Assembly: GCA_964453525.1 (NCBI GenBank)
Contig: CAYVOV010000002.1
Coordinates: forward strand, 10,189 to 74,188
Origin: an uncultured Dehalococcoidales bacterium
GTDB taxonomy: Bacteria > Chloroflexota > Dehalococcoidia > Dehalococcoidales > UBA2162
Length of the DNA: 64,000 nt
Reading direction: 5' to 3'
Made by a program: the position numbers and the translations under genes. This document shows positions 39,550-47,957 of the stretch, one piece after another. The notes beneath the pieces are model-generated. The model was not told where the DNA came from, ran no database searches, and saw only the letters and a list, made by a program, of their open reading frames with translations. Position 1 is the first letter of the stretch, and each line of letters begins with the position of its first letter.

Positions 39550-40818
39550 TTGCTAGGTGATGCAGATTTAACGCCCCAGAGACTTCAAGAGTTCATCGAT
39601 ATTGCTGGTTCGGAGTGGATTACCGAACAGCTAACTAGATATTCCACCTTTCGCGAAACTAATTCGCCGAATGGATATTGGTCACACCGACTACCTTCGA
39701 TGTCTCCAGTCATCCCGCTGGTTTATTGGGGTTCACGAGACGTATATGTGCCAACTAATGAAATGCCAATGGGATATTGGTTCGGTGAACCGAAATCGAT
39801 ATTGGGCCGATTGGCAGCGCAGATCAACGACTTCAGCGATTATTGGAAAAACTTACCGGATAATGTAGGCATAAACAACATCCGAATGTTCCTCAGGACA
39901 CCCGGTAGATTTGCAAGCTTCGAGCACGAGGTTCGGACGGCGAGCACTTACATGGCTAGGACACCATACCATATTGAGCCTAGGTTCTTTGACCCACGCA
40001 GCGGTTCAGGTGAACCCGACATTGTTCTTACCAAAAACGGTAGCAAATTTAATGTGCAATGTAAAGCTATGGACCCAACAAAGAGTTCCAATATTTCGTT
40101 TAACCTGTTCCAGTATCTCGTTGGCCGTGTCGGACGCATCTGTCACGACCACGACAGCCATGGGTTTCTTACTATATACCTTGAAGAATCTATGAATAAA
40201 CCTCTTGTCAGACGAGACTTAGACTATGTTGTGAAAGCCGTGTACGAACTGCTCGAGCGGGGTAGAAATGCAGCTAGTAGTGCATCGTGTCCGGGCGGTA
40301 AATTCACATTCAAATCATCGCCTTCGAAACAGAGCTTCCCTCCGCATCTATGGAGCCAGTTTTCAATGTGGCAAGATGGTTACCTATTTCGCGAACGCAG
40401 AACTATACCTCGTGGGAAACACGGCCAATCGGTACTTGCATGTAGCATTACGGGCGGAAAGGTCCCTTCTTTCGAGAGCTATTTGTACCCTAAGCTTGAG
40501 GAAGCGGCTAAGGAAGCTCCAAAGTCAGACCCATTGATTATCTCTTTCCATTTATATCCGCCGGTACCTGTGCATGACTATAAGCGAAATCCGGCTGTTC
40601 AGAAGAGGGTTATTCCCGCTCTTGAGAAATTCTTCGAGCGAAATCGCCACGTTTGTCTCATTCTAATCTCTTCTTTCGCACAATTACCGATGCCTATATC
40701 TACAACCAAGCAGACAATTCTAACACCCGCTTGGGAAGTCGAGAGTCAATACTGGTCAGGTGAACGTCCAGACTACTACCCTGAGAATTCGCTGGCCGGT
40801 TTAATTGAAAATACCTAA
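39550..40818 (+). CDS. Hypothetical protein with PD-(D/E)xK-like nuclease motif
   Basis: GEPDIVLTKNGSKFNVQCK resembles a PD...QxK nuclease core. TTG start. No family recognised. Confidence 0.4.
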   Translation: MLGDADLTPQRLQEFIDIAGSEWITEQLTRYSTFRETNSPNGYWSHRLPSMSPVIPLVYWGSRDVYVPTNEMPMGYWFGEPKSILGRLAAQINDFSDYWKNLPDNVGINNIRMFLRTPGRFASFEHEVRTASTYMARTPYHIEPRFFDPRSGSGEPDIVLTKNGSKFNVQCKAMDPTKSSNISFNLFQYLVGRVGRICHDHDSHGFLTIYLEESMNKPLVRRDLDYVVKAVYELLERGRNAASSASCPGGKFTFKSSPSKQSFPPHLWSQFSMWQDGYLFRERRTIPRGKHGQSVLACSITGGKVPSFESYLYPKLEEAAKEAPKSDPLIISFHLYPPVPVHDYKRNPAVQKRVIPALEKFFERNRHVCLILISSFAQLPMPISTTKQTILTPAWEVESQYWSGERPDYYPENSLAGLIENT

Positions 40819-40938
40819 TGCCATCTCATCACCGACAAAAAATAGTCCGGAGCGAACACTGAACAAATGCCAGTTCTTGTTAGGTAACAATATAAGCTTT
40901 TGTTTAATATTGATACTCAGAAATTTATACGGTTGTTT

Positions 40939-41065
40939 GGACGGGGAGTTCGACTCTCGAGCCTGTCTCAGAATTCCTAAAATGGTGATTTTTTAAAGCC
41001 AAGCATTTGCTACCTCACGCCTGGGGGGCAACTTATGAGACAGCCTGTCTCCCCTACCTCCACCA
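40939..41065 (+). other. Split tRNA/tmRNA-like 3' end (T-arm, acceptor strand, CCA) interrupted by ~93 nt
   Basis: GGAC-GGGGAG-TTCGACT-CTC (40939-40958) and CTCCCC-TACCTCC-ACCA (41049-41065). Joining them gives a canonical 6-bp T-stem, 7-nt T-loop, 7-nt acceptor strand and ACCA. The 9-nt direct repeat GCCTGTCTC occurs at 40961 and 41043. Confidence 0.4.
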
Positions 41066-41372
41066 TAAAAGCTTCTCTTGAACCTAATATTATGAATATC
41101 ACACAAAACATCGGTTTGGTTAGCCGGTTGAACAATAAGATGTTTTGTTCAACCCTGGCTAAATTAGGTTTCCGCCCATTTCCTGCAGCATAACATTCCT
41201 GTGAATAAAGGTCGTTTCCTTCACGGAGCAGTTCATACAGGTGTATAATGATCCTTGATAGTGAAAAACCAACCTATAGCAATCTGCACTCCCTGTTATT
41301 TTATTAATTTCTTTTACACAGGCAAATAGTACCTATTGTTTACGCTGTGAGTCTGGATAAATAGGTGGACTG

Positions 41373-42392
41373 ATGAAAAAGCTGATAACGGGACTGATGT
41401 TAATAATACTGGTTATGGGCAGTATTTCTGCCTGCGGGACTCCGGTAGATACTTCTCCAGACCAGGAGGTGAACTTTCCAGACCCGAAATTCGAGGCACG
41501 TATCAGGACTCATATCAATAAGCCGGAAGGCCCGATTTACATCGGCGACCTGGAAAAGATAACCCATATAAACGCTGGCGATTTTGATATCTCCGATATA
41601 AGTGGAATAGAGCACTGTATCAACCTGCGGAAGCTGTTTATTATTGAGAACCACATAACCGATATATCTCAGCTGGCATCGTTAACCAGCCTTGAGATCC
41701 TCGACCTTCACACTAATGCTATAACAAATGTATCGGCACTGGGAGACCTGGTTAACCTGACTTATCTGGATATTCATAACAATCAAGTAACCGATGTTTC
41801 CGCTATATCCTCATTGAGTAAGCTACAATTCCTGAACCTGAGCAGTAATGAGATAACCAGTCTTCCTTCGTTATCGTTACTTACCAATCTTAGAGAATTA
41901 CATGTTAAAGAAAACATGATAACAGATATTTCTCCCCTGGCTTCCCCGAGAAATCTTACTAAACTTGATATATCAACGAACCGGGTCTCCAATATTATTC
42001 CGCTGGCTTCCCTGACCAATCTCGACGTTCTTTTCCTTAATAATAATCGTGTTTCCGACATATCTCCGATTGCGGACATCAATAACGTCCAGTCGTTACG
42101 TCTCGGTGAAAACCAGATAGAAGATATCTCTCCTCTGGCGGACCTGCAAAAACTCCAGCAACTGAGCCTTGAAAACAACCGGATAGCTGATGTATCTCCT
42201 CTGACCGGTCTCAGGCTTCTGGCAGACCTGGACCTCTCCGATAACCTGATAGAGGATATAAAGCCTCTGACCGAGAATACCAGTTTCAATACTTTTACGG
42301 AGATTGACCTCGAAGGCAATCCCCTGAATGAGAAATCACTGAATACGTATATTCCCCAACTTAGAGAGAAGGGAGCGGATATCAGGTGGTAG
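41373..42392 (+). CDS. Leucine-rich-repeat lipoprotein (internalin-like)
   Basis: Lipobox ISACG, then about 12 tandem 22-residue LRRs (LxxLxxLxLxxNxIxDISPLA). Confidence 0.8.
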   Translation: MKKLITGLMLIILVMGSISACGTPVDTSPDQEVNFPDPKFEARIRTHINKPEGPIYIGDLEKITHINAGDFDISDISGIEHCINLRKLFIIENHITDISQLASLTSLEILDLHTNAITNVSALGDLVNLTYLDIHNNQVTDVSAISSLSKLQFLNLSSNEITSLPSLSLLTNLRELHVKENMITDISPLASPRNLTKLDISTNRVSNIIPLASLTNLDVLFLNNNRVSDISPIADINNVQSLRLGENQIEDISPLADLQKLQQLSLENNRIADVSPLTGLRLLADLDLSDNLIEDIKPLTENTSFNTFTEIDLEGNPLNEKSLNTYIPQLREKGADIRW

Positions 42393-42780
42393 TGAGTTTG
42401 AAGAAGATGGATATTTTATACAGATAGTGCTGGGGATACTGATTGTAGCTTCCTTGGTTTTCTGGACCGACTCTTTGTCACTCGACTATGTATAAGAACC
42501 CACACAAATATCTCACGGTCGTTCAAAGATGACAATTCAGTAAGGTGTTCGGGACTGCAAATCAAATGACAACCTTTTAGCATCTTCTGACAACAAAAGT
42601 CCAATTAGGGGACAATGGGCGCTACTGTACGATATGTAGAACTTTTACCCTTTCCTTCAGCATTTAGTCTGCCTTAATCGTAAATTAGTCCCTTTTTCCC
42701 CTCATTTAACAAAAAGTCATTAAGTGAAATCAGAAGAACTAGCTAGTTTTACACCCTCCCCGGAGCATTAGGATGAAATG

Positions 42781-42813
42781 GAAAAAGAAAAAGCCTCCCT
42801 ATATAGGGAGGCT
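42781..42813 (-). terminator. Rho-independent terminator downstream of the cassette operon
   Basis: AGCCTCCCT-ATAT-AGGGAGGCT stem-loop, followed on the minus strand by TTTTCTTTTTC. Confidence 0.65.
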
Positions 42814-42955
42814 AATAATTCTGGGCAGTGGTCAGAGGCTAAGAGTAGAATTTACTCACTGAACACACAACTCGGGTTCGAATCCCCCTAGCTGGAGCCG
42901 GGGTTATAATAGGCAGAACTTTTTCAACCTCATTTGCAATGAGTGTATAATCAAT

Positions 42956-43135
42956 AGGCTCGTATCTACTACCACGTAGTTGTACCGTAGTCCTACCGCG
43001 CATTTACTGTGGTTTTAGGGAGCAGCACCGATGGAGGTAGACTTAGCTGCGATTTAATGGTCTCACGAGTGGTTGAAAACCAATCGTCTAGTCTTAAGCA
43101 TTCAACCAGCACCAAACCAATTTGGCATACATTAT
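42956..43135. repeat. Left inverted repeat (IR-L) of the ~8.8-kb cassette
   Basis: Hand alignment shows 42956-43135 matches the reverse complement of 51600-51798 at most positions. Examples are AGGCTCGTATCTACTACC, ACGTAGTTGTACCGTAG, GGAGGTAGACTTAGCTGCGATTTA and ACGAGTGGTTGAAAACC. Confidence 0.75.
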
Positions 43136-43144
43136 TATCAGGTT

Positions 43145-43636
43145 TCAACTTGAATTCTTCTCAGCAAGAGCAAGTAGGAATATATACAAAGCTACCGCAA
43201 GTATCAAGCCTCCAATCAGGCCGATTAACAATCCGATATCTATAGTGCTTCCCTCGTTGAGGATAGTTTTTGCCGCGTAAACAACTATAATGGTAACCAC
43301 AGTAGTCAACAACATTCTCTTTACCATTGCCACTGAAATGCGATGCAAGTGTGGTGCTCGTTCAGTATGAGGCATTTCACCGAAGACTGTAATCTGGAGC
43401 GCAAATGCAGTAAGGAAAAGTAATAAAGCGAGCAAATAGAACTCTGCGATTGTTAATACTTCTATAGCTAAGTATTTTAATTCAAATAAGGAACGGTTCA
43501 AAGAAATTCCCGCTTCTATCAGGTGCCAAGTACCTGTAAAAACTGTTGCTGCAGAAGTAAATAACAAAGCAAATACCGCCACTTTGATACCCCAAGATGA
43601 TAGCCAGAGAAAAATATGATATATGTCTATGTTCCG
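43145..43636 (-). CDS. Small 4-TM membrane protein (candidate effector)
   Basis: Four hydrophobic helices. I prefer the internal ATG (MRNIDIY) at 43636, which removes the 71-nt out-of-frame overlap with the upstream gene. Confidence 0.55.
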   Translation of the reverse strand, partial: RNIDIYHIFLWLSSWGIKVAVFALLFTSAATVFTGTWHLIEAGISLNRSLFELKYLAIEVLTIAEFYLLALLLFLTAFALQITVFGEMPHTERAPHLHRISVAMVKRMLLTTVVTIIVVYAAKTILNEGSTIDIGLLIGLIGGLILAVALYIFLLALAEKNSS

Positions 43637-43661
43637 CATGATCTTGTTGTCAGAAAATATA

Positions 43662-44231
43662 TTAATCACCAAAAGGGCTACGGAATATTCCCCTTTTTTT
43701 CTCTTTCCCAACAGAACGAATCTTCCAATCACATGTTCTGTTCCAAATAGATATGCATAAGTTTATCGGAGATTTATCACCTTCTTCTAATGAAAATCTG
43801 CTATCATCACGAATTAAGCCGTGGTGTGACTCCAACAATTTATAAACATATCCATCGCTATAGCTATCGAATGTATATATCCATAATTTATTTTTTATTT
43901 CTCTAATATTTGCGAATTCAATTGCTTCGGCTGATGAACCGGGGGTTATTGCCAATATTATGGCTAAATCCGAATCAAGAACTTCAGCTTTTAATATTGA
44001 ATACCAATTACTGTTTTTAAAGTCCTTATCCCGGATTATAACGGTAAAACCGTATTGTGTTAGAACATATCCAATGTTCTCACGTAAATAGTAAAGCTCA
44101 TCTCCTGATTTTGGTCCACCCAGCCATACTTTGAATTTCTTAACGTTACTCTTAATAAGGTTGACCAGTGGTCCAGGTAGCTCTGCTTCTCTTTTGTGAA
44201 TCTCTTGTAACCAAGATGTTGTTATTTTCAT
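43662..44231 (-). CDS. Nucleoside 2-deoxyribosyltransferase-like (NDT/SLOG-type Rossmannoid) protein
   Basis: KVWLGGP ... ILKAEVLDSDLAIILAITPGSSAEAIEFA matches the NDT-fold pattern (YLAGP ... D.v.a......G...E.G.A). Confidence 0.5.
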   Translation of the reverse strand: MKITTSWLQEIHKREAELPGPLVNLIKSNVKKFKVWLGGPKSGDELYYLRENIGYVLTQYGFTVIIRDKDFKNSNWYSILKAEVLDSDLAIILAITPGSSAEAIEFANIREIKNKLWIYTFDSYSDGYVYKLLESHHGLIRDDSRFSLEEGDKSPINLCISIWNRTCDWKIRSVGKEKKRGIFRSPFGD

Positions 44232-44253
44232 TGTGTTTTGAGAAAATAAGCTA

Positions 44254-45117
44254 TCATACGAAAAGCTTCAGATACTCCTTCCCGCTATCAGTCATCTGAA
44301 CATAACTCTGATTACAATTAACGAAATGCGCAGCCTCAAGATCGAACAACGTATCCGAAAATTTATTTGACTCTTTTAACTCGTAGTATAGTTGTTTTCT
44401 TTCAACAATTTGCTTGTCAGCTAGAATGAGAAGTAAGTGCAAAGCTGTAGTACTATTCAATGACATTGCCAGCTCACTAAATACAGTCACAGGGACCTGA
44501 AATGAATTTTCAAGTGTTTGATACGTTCTTGGGGCAATTTGTTCGAAAAGATATTTAGACTCAATAAACCAAACTGGCTTTGAAGGTTGCGTATGAGAGT
44601 GCTTTGCCTGAAGTAAAATAAATTTGTTTTCAAAAATGCTATAATGGATCTTTTCTTCATTTGGGATAGCGAATAGATTAACTTCTGCATCCGCCAATAA
44701 ATCAAGTGCATCCATATGATTTTGCCAGCTAGCATTACCCCAACAATCCCACATTTGAGACAATATACGGCGCCCCAATTGTTTCCAGTACGTAGGCGTT
44801 CGTGTTTCTCCAGATGGATACCAATTCTGAATGGAAGATATCATATTGACGATTTCCGAACCTGATGCAGCTTTTTCCCAACATACATATCTGTGCTTTT
44901 TGTCAGCTAGTGCTCTCATTTCGCCAGTAATATGTATAAATCTGCCAGGATTCCCCTCTTTTATTAATCGGTGTAAGCATTCATTTACTGTCGAATATAC
45001 CCGTTTGTTACCTTCTACTTCAGAACCAGACTCGTCTAATATCTTAAATTGATTCGAATCTATTCTTGTAATACCAAGACTGGCTAAGGTTTTGAATAAG
45101 TCACCATTCTTTGTCAT
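44254..45117 (-). CDS. Hypothetical protein with C-terminal winged-helix domain
   Basis: 287 aa with a C-terminal MarR-like wHTH pattern. Its start overlaps the radical SAM stop (ATGA). Confidence 0.5.
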   Translation of the reverse strand: MTKNGDLFKTLASLGITRIDSNQFKILDESGSEVEGNKRVYSTVNECLHRLIKEGNPGRFIHITGEMRALADKKHRYVCWEKAASGSEIVNMISSIQNWYPSGETRTPTYWKQLGRRILSQMWDCWGNASWQNHMDALDLLADAEVNLFAIPNEEKIHYSIFENKFILLQAKHSHTQPSKPVWFIESKYLFEQIAPRTYQTLENSFQVPVTVFSELAMSLNSTTALHLLLILADKQIVERKQLYYELKESNKFSDTLFDLEAAHFVNCNQSYVQMTDSGKEYLKLFV

Positions 45118-46259
45118 ATCAAAACCTCCACTAAATTACTATTACAATTATGCTGTTTCGATTTTCGCCGTGCATCCCAATTTAGTTTTTCTTTCCATAT
45201 GAATTCATCTTGGTTTGGTTTAAAAGAGAAACACAACGGAACGAAATCCCCAAACTTATCAAGTTTGCTTCTATTGGTACAAGGAGTTAATACCTCTAAC
45301 TGATGGTCTCGTATTTCATTCGTAGAACTGTTATCCCAAATAATTCTGTTTTTGTAATATCTCGCTATTCCGTAAGGAGATGACAGAAGGTTAGAACAAA
45401 TCTGAATCATTCCATTTGAGTGAACCAGTACTCTTTCCCCCATTTTTACCGGACAATAGCCATAGTATTCAGGATTTCTTTCAAATTCTTGTCGTGTTAC
45501 AAAGCATTGAGGGAGTCTAACTGAGATAGCATATTTACCGTTTTCTATATTCTGATAAACCTCTCTATATGCACCAATCCAATCCTCGATAGATGGATCT
45601 AGATTACCCGTCCAAGTATCCATTGGGGCACCGGCTTTAAAGAGATCATGAAAATTAATGCCATGAACTCCTAGAGATTCAGCGAATCGAATCATATTGT
45701 GTATTCCCAAGTTGCCATGTTCATCACGACGTAAAAGATTCTTATGTATGCAACATGTAATATCGACTTTGTATCCTAAACGTACAGCCTCTATCAGATT
45801 CGACATACATATATCAAACGTATTTTTACCTCTAATACAGTCATTCATTTCAGAGTTAGGCCCATCTAGACTAAAGGTTATTTCGTCCAATTTTTTAAAA
45901 TCATCCATTAGCATGAGTCTATGATTGAAAGTTCCGTTGGTACTAATCCTAATATATTCATATCCGAGTCTCTTCGCCGTGCTTATAAGTGTTAGCAAAC
46001 TAAGATTTTCTTCTCGGGCTCCGTAGAGTGTGGGTTCTCCACCCAAAAGTGATAATTTACTCGCACCTAATTCCCTGAAATCAGATATCAGGTTAATTGC
46101 TTTATTAAGTTCTATCTCGTGCTCCTTAAGATGGAAAGTTAAACTTGGTTTATATATACATTGAACACACCTGAGATTACATTCGTCTGTAATGTACAAA
46201 AAGACCTGTTTTAATTTCCTAAAGTGGGATAAAAACTCATCACTTATTTGATATTTCAT
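45114..46259 (-). CDS. Radical SAM enzyme with Cys-rich C-terminal extension
   Basis: The YITDECNLRCVQCIY motif (CX3CX2C) and the GGEPTL SAM-binding motif are present. At least five additional C-terminal Cys residues may bind an auxiliary cluster. It has ATGA overlaps with both neighbours. Confidence 0.8.
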   Translation of the reverse strand: MKYQISDEFLSHFRKLKQVFLYITDECNLRCVQCIYKPSLTFHLKEHEIELNKAINLISDFRELGASKLSLLGGEPTLYGAREENLSLLTLISTAKRLGYEYIRISTNGTFNHRLMLMDDFKKLDEITFSLDGPNSEMNDCIRGKNTFDICMSNLIEAVRLGYKVDITCCIHKNLLRRDEHGNLGIHNMIRFAESLGVHGINFHDLFKAGAPMDTWTGNLDPSIEDWIGAYREVYQNIENGKYAISVRLPQCFVTRQEFERNPEYYGYCPVKMGERVLVHSNGMIQICSNLLSSPYGIARYYKNRIIWDNSSTNEIRDHQLEVLTPCTNRSKLDKFGDFVPLCFSFKPNQDEFIWKEKLNWDARRKSKQHNCNSNLVEVLI

Positions 46260-47155
46260 TTTTGTAAATCTCCTAGAACCAACTGTCGGGGTTTCTCTAC
46301 TTCGAACAGTTGATTATCAGAGTCTTGTAGGTTCCTGAGTATATCCAGATTATCTTTGCTTTTTTCGTCACGTTCTGGGATTTCAAGTATTTTGGGAACG
46401 TTAATGAATCTTCTGTCCCTCACAAGGGAGTGAAAAGCCTTTAATCCGATATATCCCTCGCCAATTGACGCGTGGCGATCTCGCTTTGAACCTGGCATGG
46501 TTTTTGCATCACTCACATGGAATACCTTAATTTTCTCTGTTCCGACTATATTATTAAAGCGTTTTAGCGTAGCCTCATATTCTTCATAATCACTCATAGG
46601 ATATCCTGAAATGAAAACGTGTGCAATATCAAAACAAACACCAATAAGCTCCGATCGATAGACATTTTCAATGATAGTAGCAATTTCCTCAAATCGACTT
46701 CCAATAGCCCCCTGCTGACCAGCCATTGTCTCCAGAGCAACTATACTAGTAAAGTCACCGGTATTTTCAAATACCGCATTTAAGGCATCTGTTACTCGTC
46801 TGATTCCTGCATTCCTATCAGTACCTCTCCAAAAGCCAGGGTGTAATACGAGAATGCGGACACCTAGTTGGTTCGCTCTTTTCAACTCATTTGATAAACG
46901 AACGATCGATTTACATCTAACGTCATTATCTACAGAAGCTAAATTAACTAGCAAAGGCACATGAGCTATTACTTCTTTCACATTGCTATTATTCCAAGCG
47001 GTTTTAAAGTCAAGTATCTCTTCGTTAGACAATTCTGGTACATCCCACCTTCTAGAGAGGGTGATATATACTTGCATACAATCACAACCCCAATCCTCAG
47101 CGTATTTAAAACCGTTGATCAATCCACCTATTGTTGGTACGTTAGATCCTAACAT
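46256..47155 (-). CDS. nfo: Endonuclease IV (Nfo) family AP endonuclease
   Basis: It aligns along its length with E. coli Nfo as I recall it. Matching segments are IGGL, HVPLLVNL, LHPG, ETMAGQ, GVCFDIAH, FHVSDAK..GSKRDRHASIGEGYIG and ILEI, with the metal ligands conserved. Confidence 0.8.
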   Translation of the reverse strand: MLGSNVPTIGGLINGFKYAEDWGCDCMQVYITLSRRWDVPELSNEEILDFKTAWNNSNVKEVIAHVPLLVNLASVDNDVRCKSIVRLSNELKRANQLGVRILVLHPGFWRGTDRNAGIRRVTDALNAVFENTGDFTSIVALETMAGQQGAIGSRFEEIATIIENVYRSELIGVCFDIAHVFISGYPMSDYEEYEATLKRFNNIVGTEKIKVFHVSDAKTMPGSKRDRHASIGEGYIGLKAFHSLVRDRRFINVPKILEIPERDEKSKDNLDILRNLQDSDNQLFEVEKPRQLVLGDLQK

Positions 47156-47302
47156 TATGCAACTACTTATCTCTACTTAGTGTTAATTGTGTGCATCATC
47201 TGATTAGTATAGCCCAAGGATAATTACCATTCAAGGACGAGCTTCGGTTGGATCACCTAAAAGCTGGTTCAACCTTCACCAGTATTGTCTACCCCTTTTA
47301 TT

Positions 47303-47950
47303 TTATGATAAATCAAGAAAAAGATGTACTAGCGTTATAGGTATTTGAGAACCATTCTGAATATGTTGACTATGGTATGTATATTCATGAGGGCACAGAG
47401 AATTGTTTAGGTTTAGCGGTAAACATTCCTGAGTGATAATCTTGCGCTTGGCCATTGCTTTTTCAACACGTAAGATTGCATTAGATGTTGCAGAAACCAC
47501 AACATATCCCATCATTATGCCATAATCATGCCCCCTTCCATATCTAGCTTTGACAAATCGCATTATACCTTCATCAACATAATCACCTGCAAGTGAGCTA
47601 CCCTTACCTCTTAGCTTCTTCGCCTCTGCTGCTAAATACCGATCATTATCATTAGGATACTCTGTCCAACGGAATTTGATATCAATCCTTAACATTTCAA
47701 GGGGATTTTCAAGGTTACTCTGTGTACCTACTTGGGGATCCCAATTAATAATATCACTTACACCTTCTCGCTGAGCGTGCTTCATTTCATCGCTAAGGTA
47801 TAGAGTGATATCATCCTCAGCTAAATCTGGCGTTGCTATGTTTCTTGCTCGAAGCCTACTCCATCCTGCTACAAGAAGATCTAAGGCTGCACTTACATAT
47901 AACTGAGAAACAGGGAAGTATGGTATGCCCAAATAACTAGCATTAGTCAT
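47303..47950 (-). CDS. Putative PD-(D/E)xK nuclease partner of the methyltransferase
   Basis: RIDIKF...(about 18 aa)...AAEAKKL fits D...ExK. It lies 7 nt downstream of the MTase gene. Confidence 0.45.
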   Translation of the reverse strand: MTNASYLGIPYFPVSQLYVSAALDLLVAGWSRLRARNIATPDLAEDDITLYLSDEMKHAQREGVSDIINWDPQVGTQSNLENPLEMLRIDIKFRWTEYPNDNDRYLAAEAKKLRGKGSSLAGDYVDEGIMRFVKARYGRGHDYGIMMGYVVVSATSNAILRVEKAMAKRKIITQECLPLNLNNSLCPHEYTYHSQHIQNGSQIPITLVHLFLDLS

Positions 47951-47957
47951 TGGATAA

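Noticed and set aside
41783-42319. 178-aa minus-strand ORF inside the LRR gene
   Set aside because: It is an Arg/Ser-rich antisense product of the repetitive LRR coding sequence.
42868-42897. GGGTTCGAATCCC T-loop-like sequence suggesting a tRNA
   Set aside because: Only 3 bp of T-stem can form. The best acceptor pairing gives a ~57-nt molecule without a D-arm, and there is no CCA or proper anticodon arm. At most it is a decayed fragment.
43662-43732. 71-nt out-of-frame overlap between the NDT-like gene and the membrane-protein ORF as a functional overlap or fusion
   Set aside because: An internal ATG (43636) with a sensible TM1 removes the overlap. I found no evidence for frameshifting.
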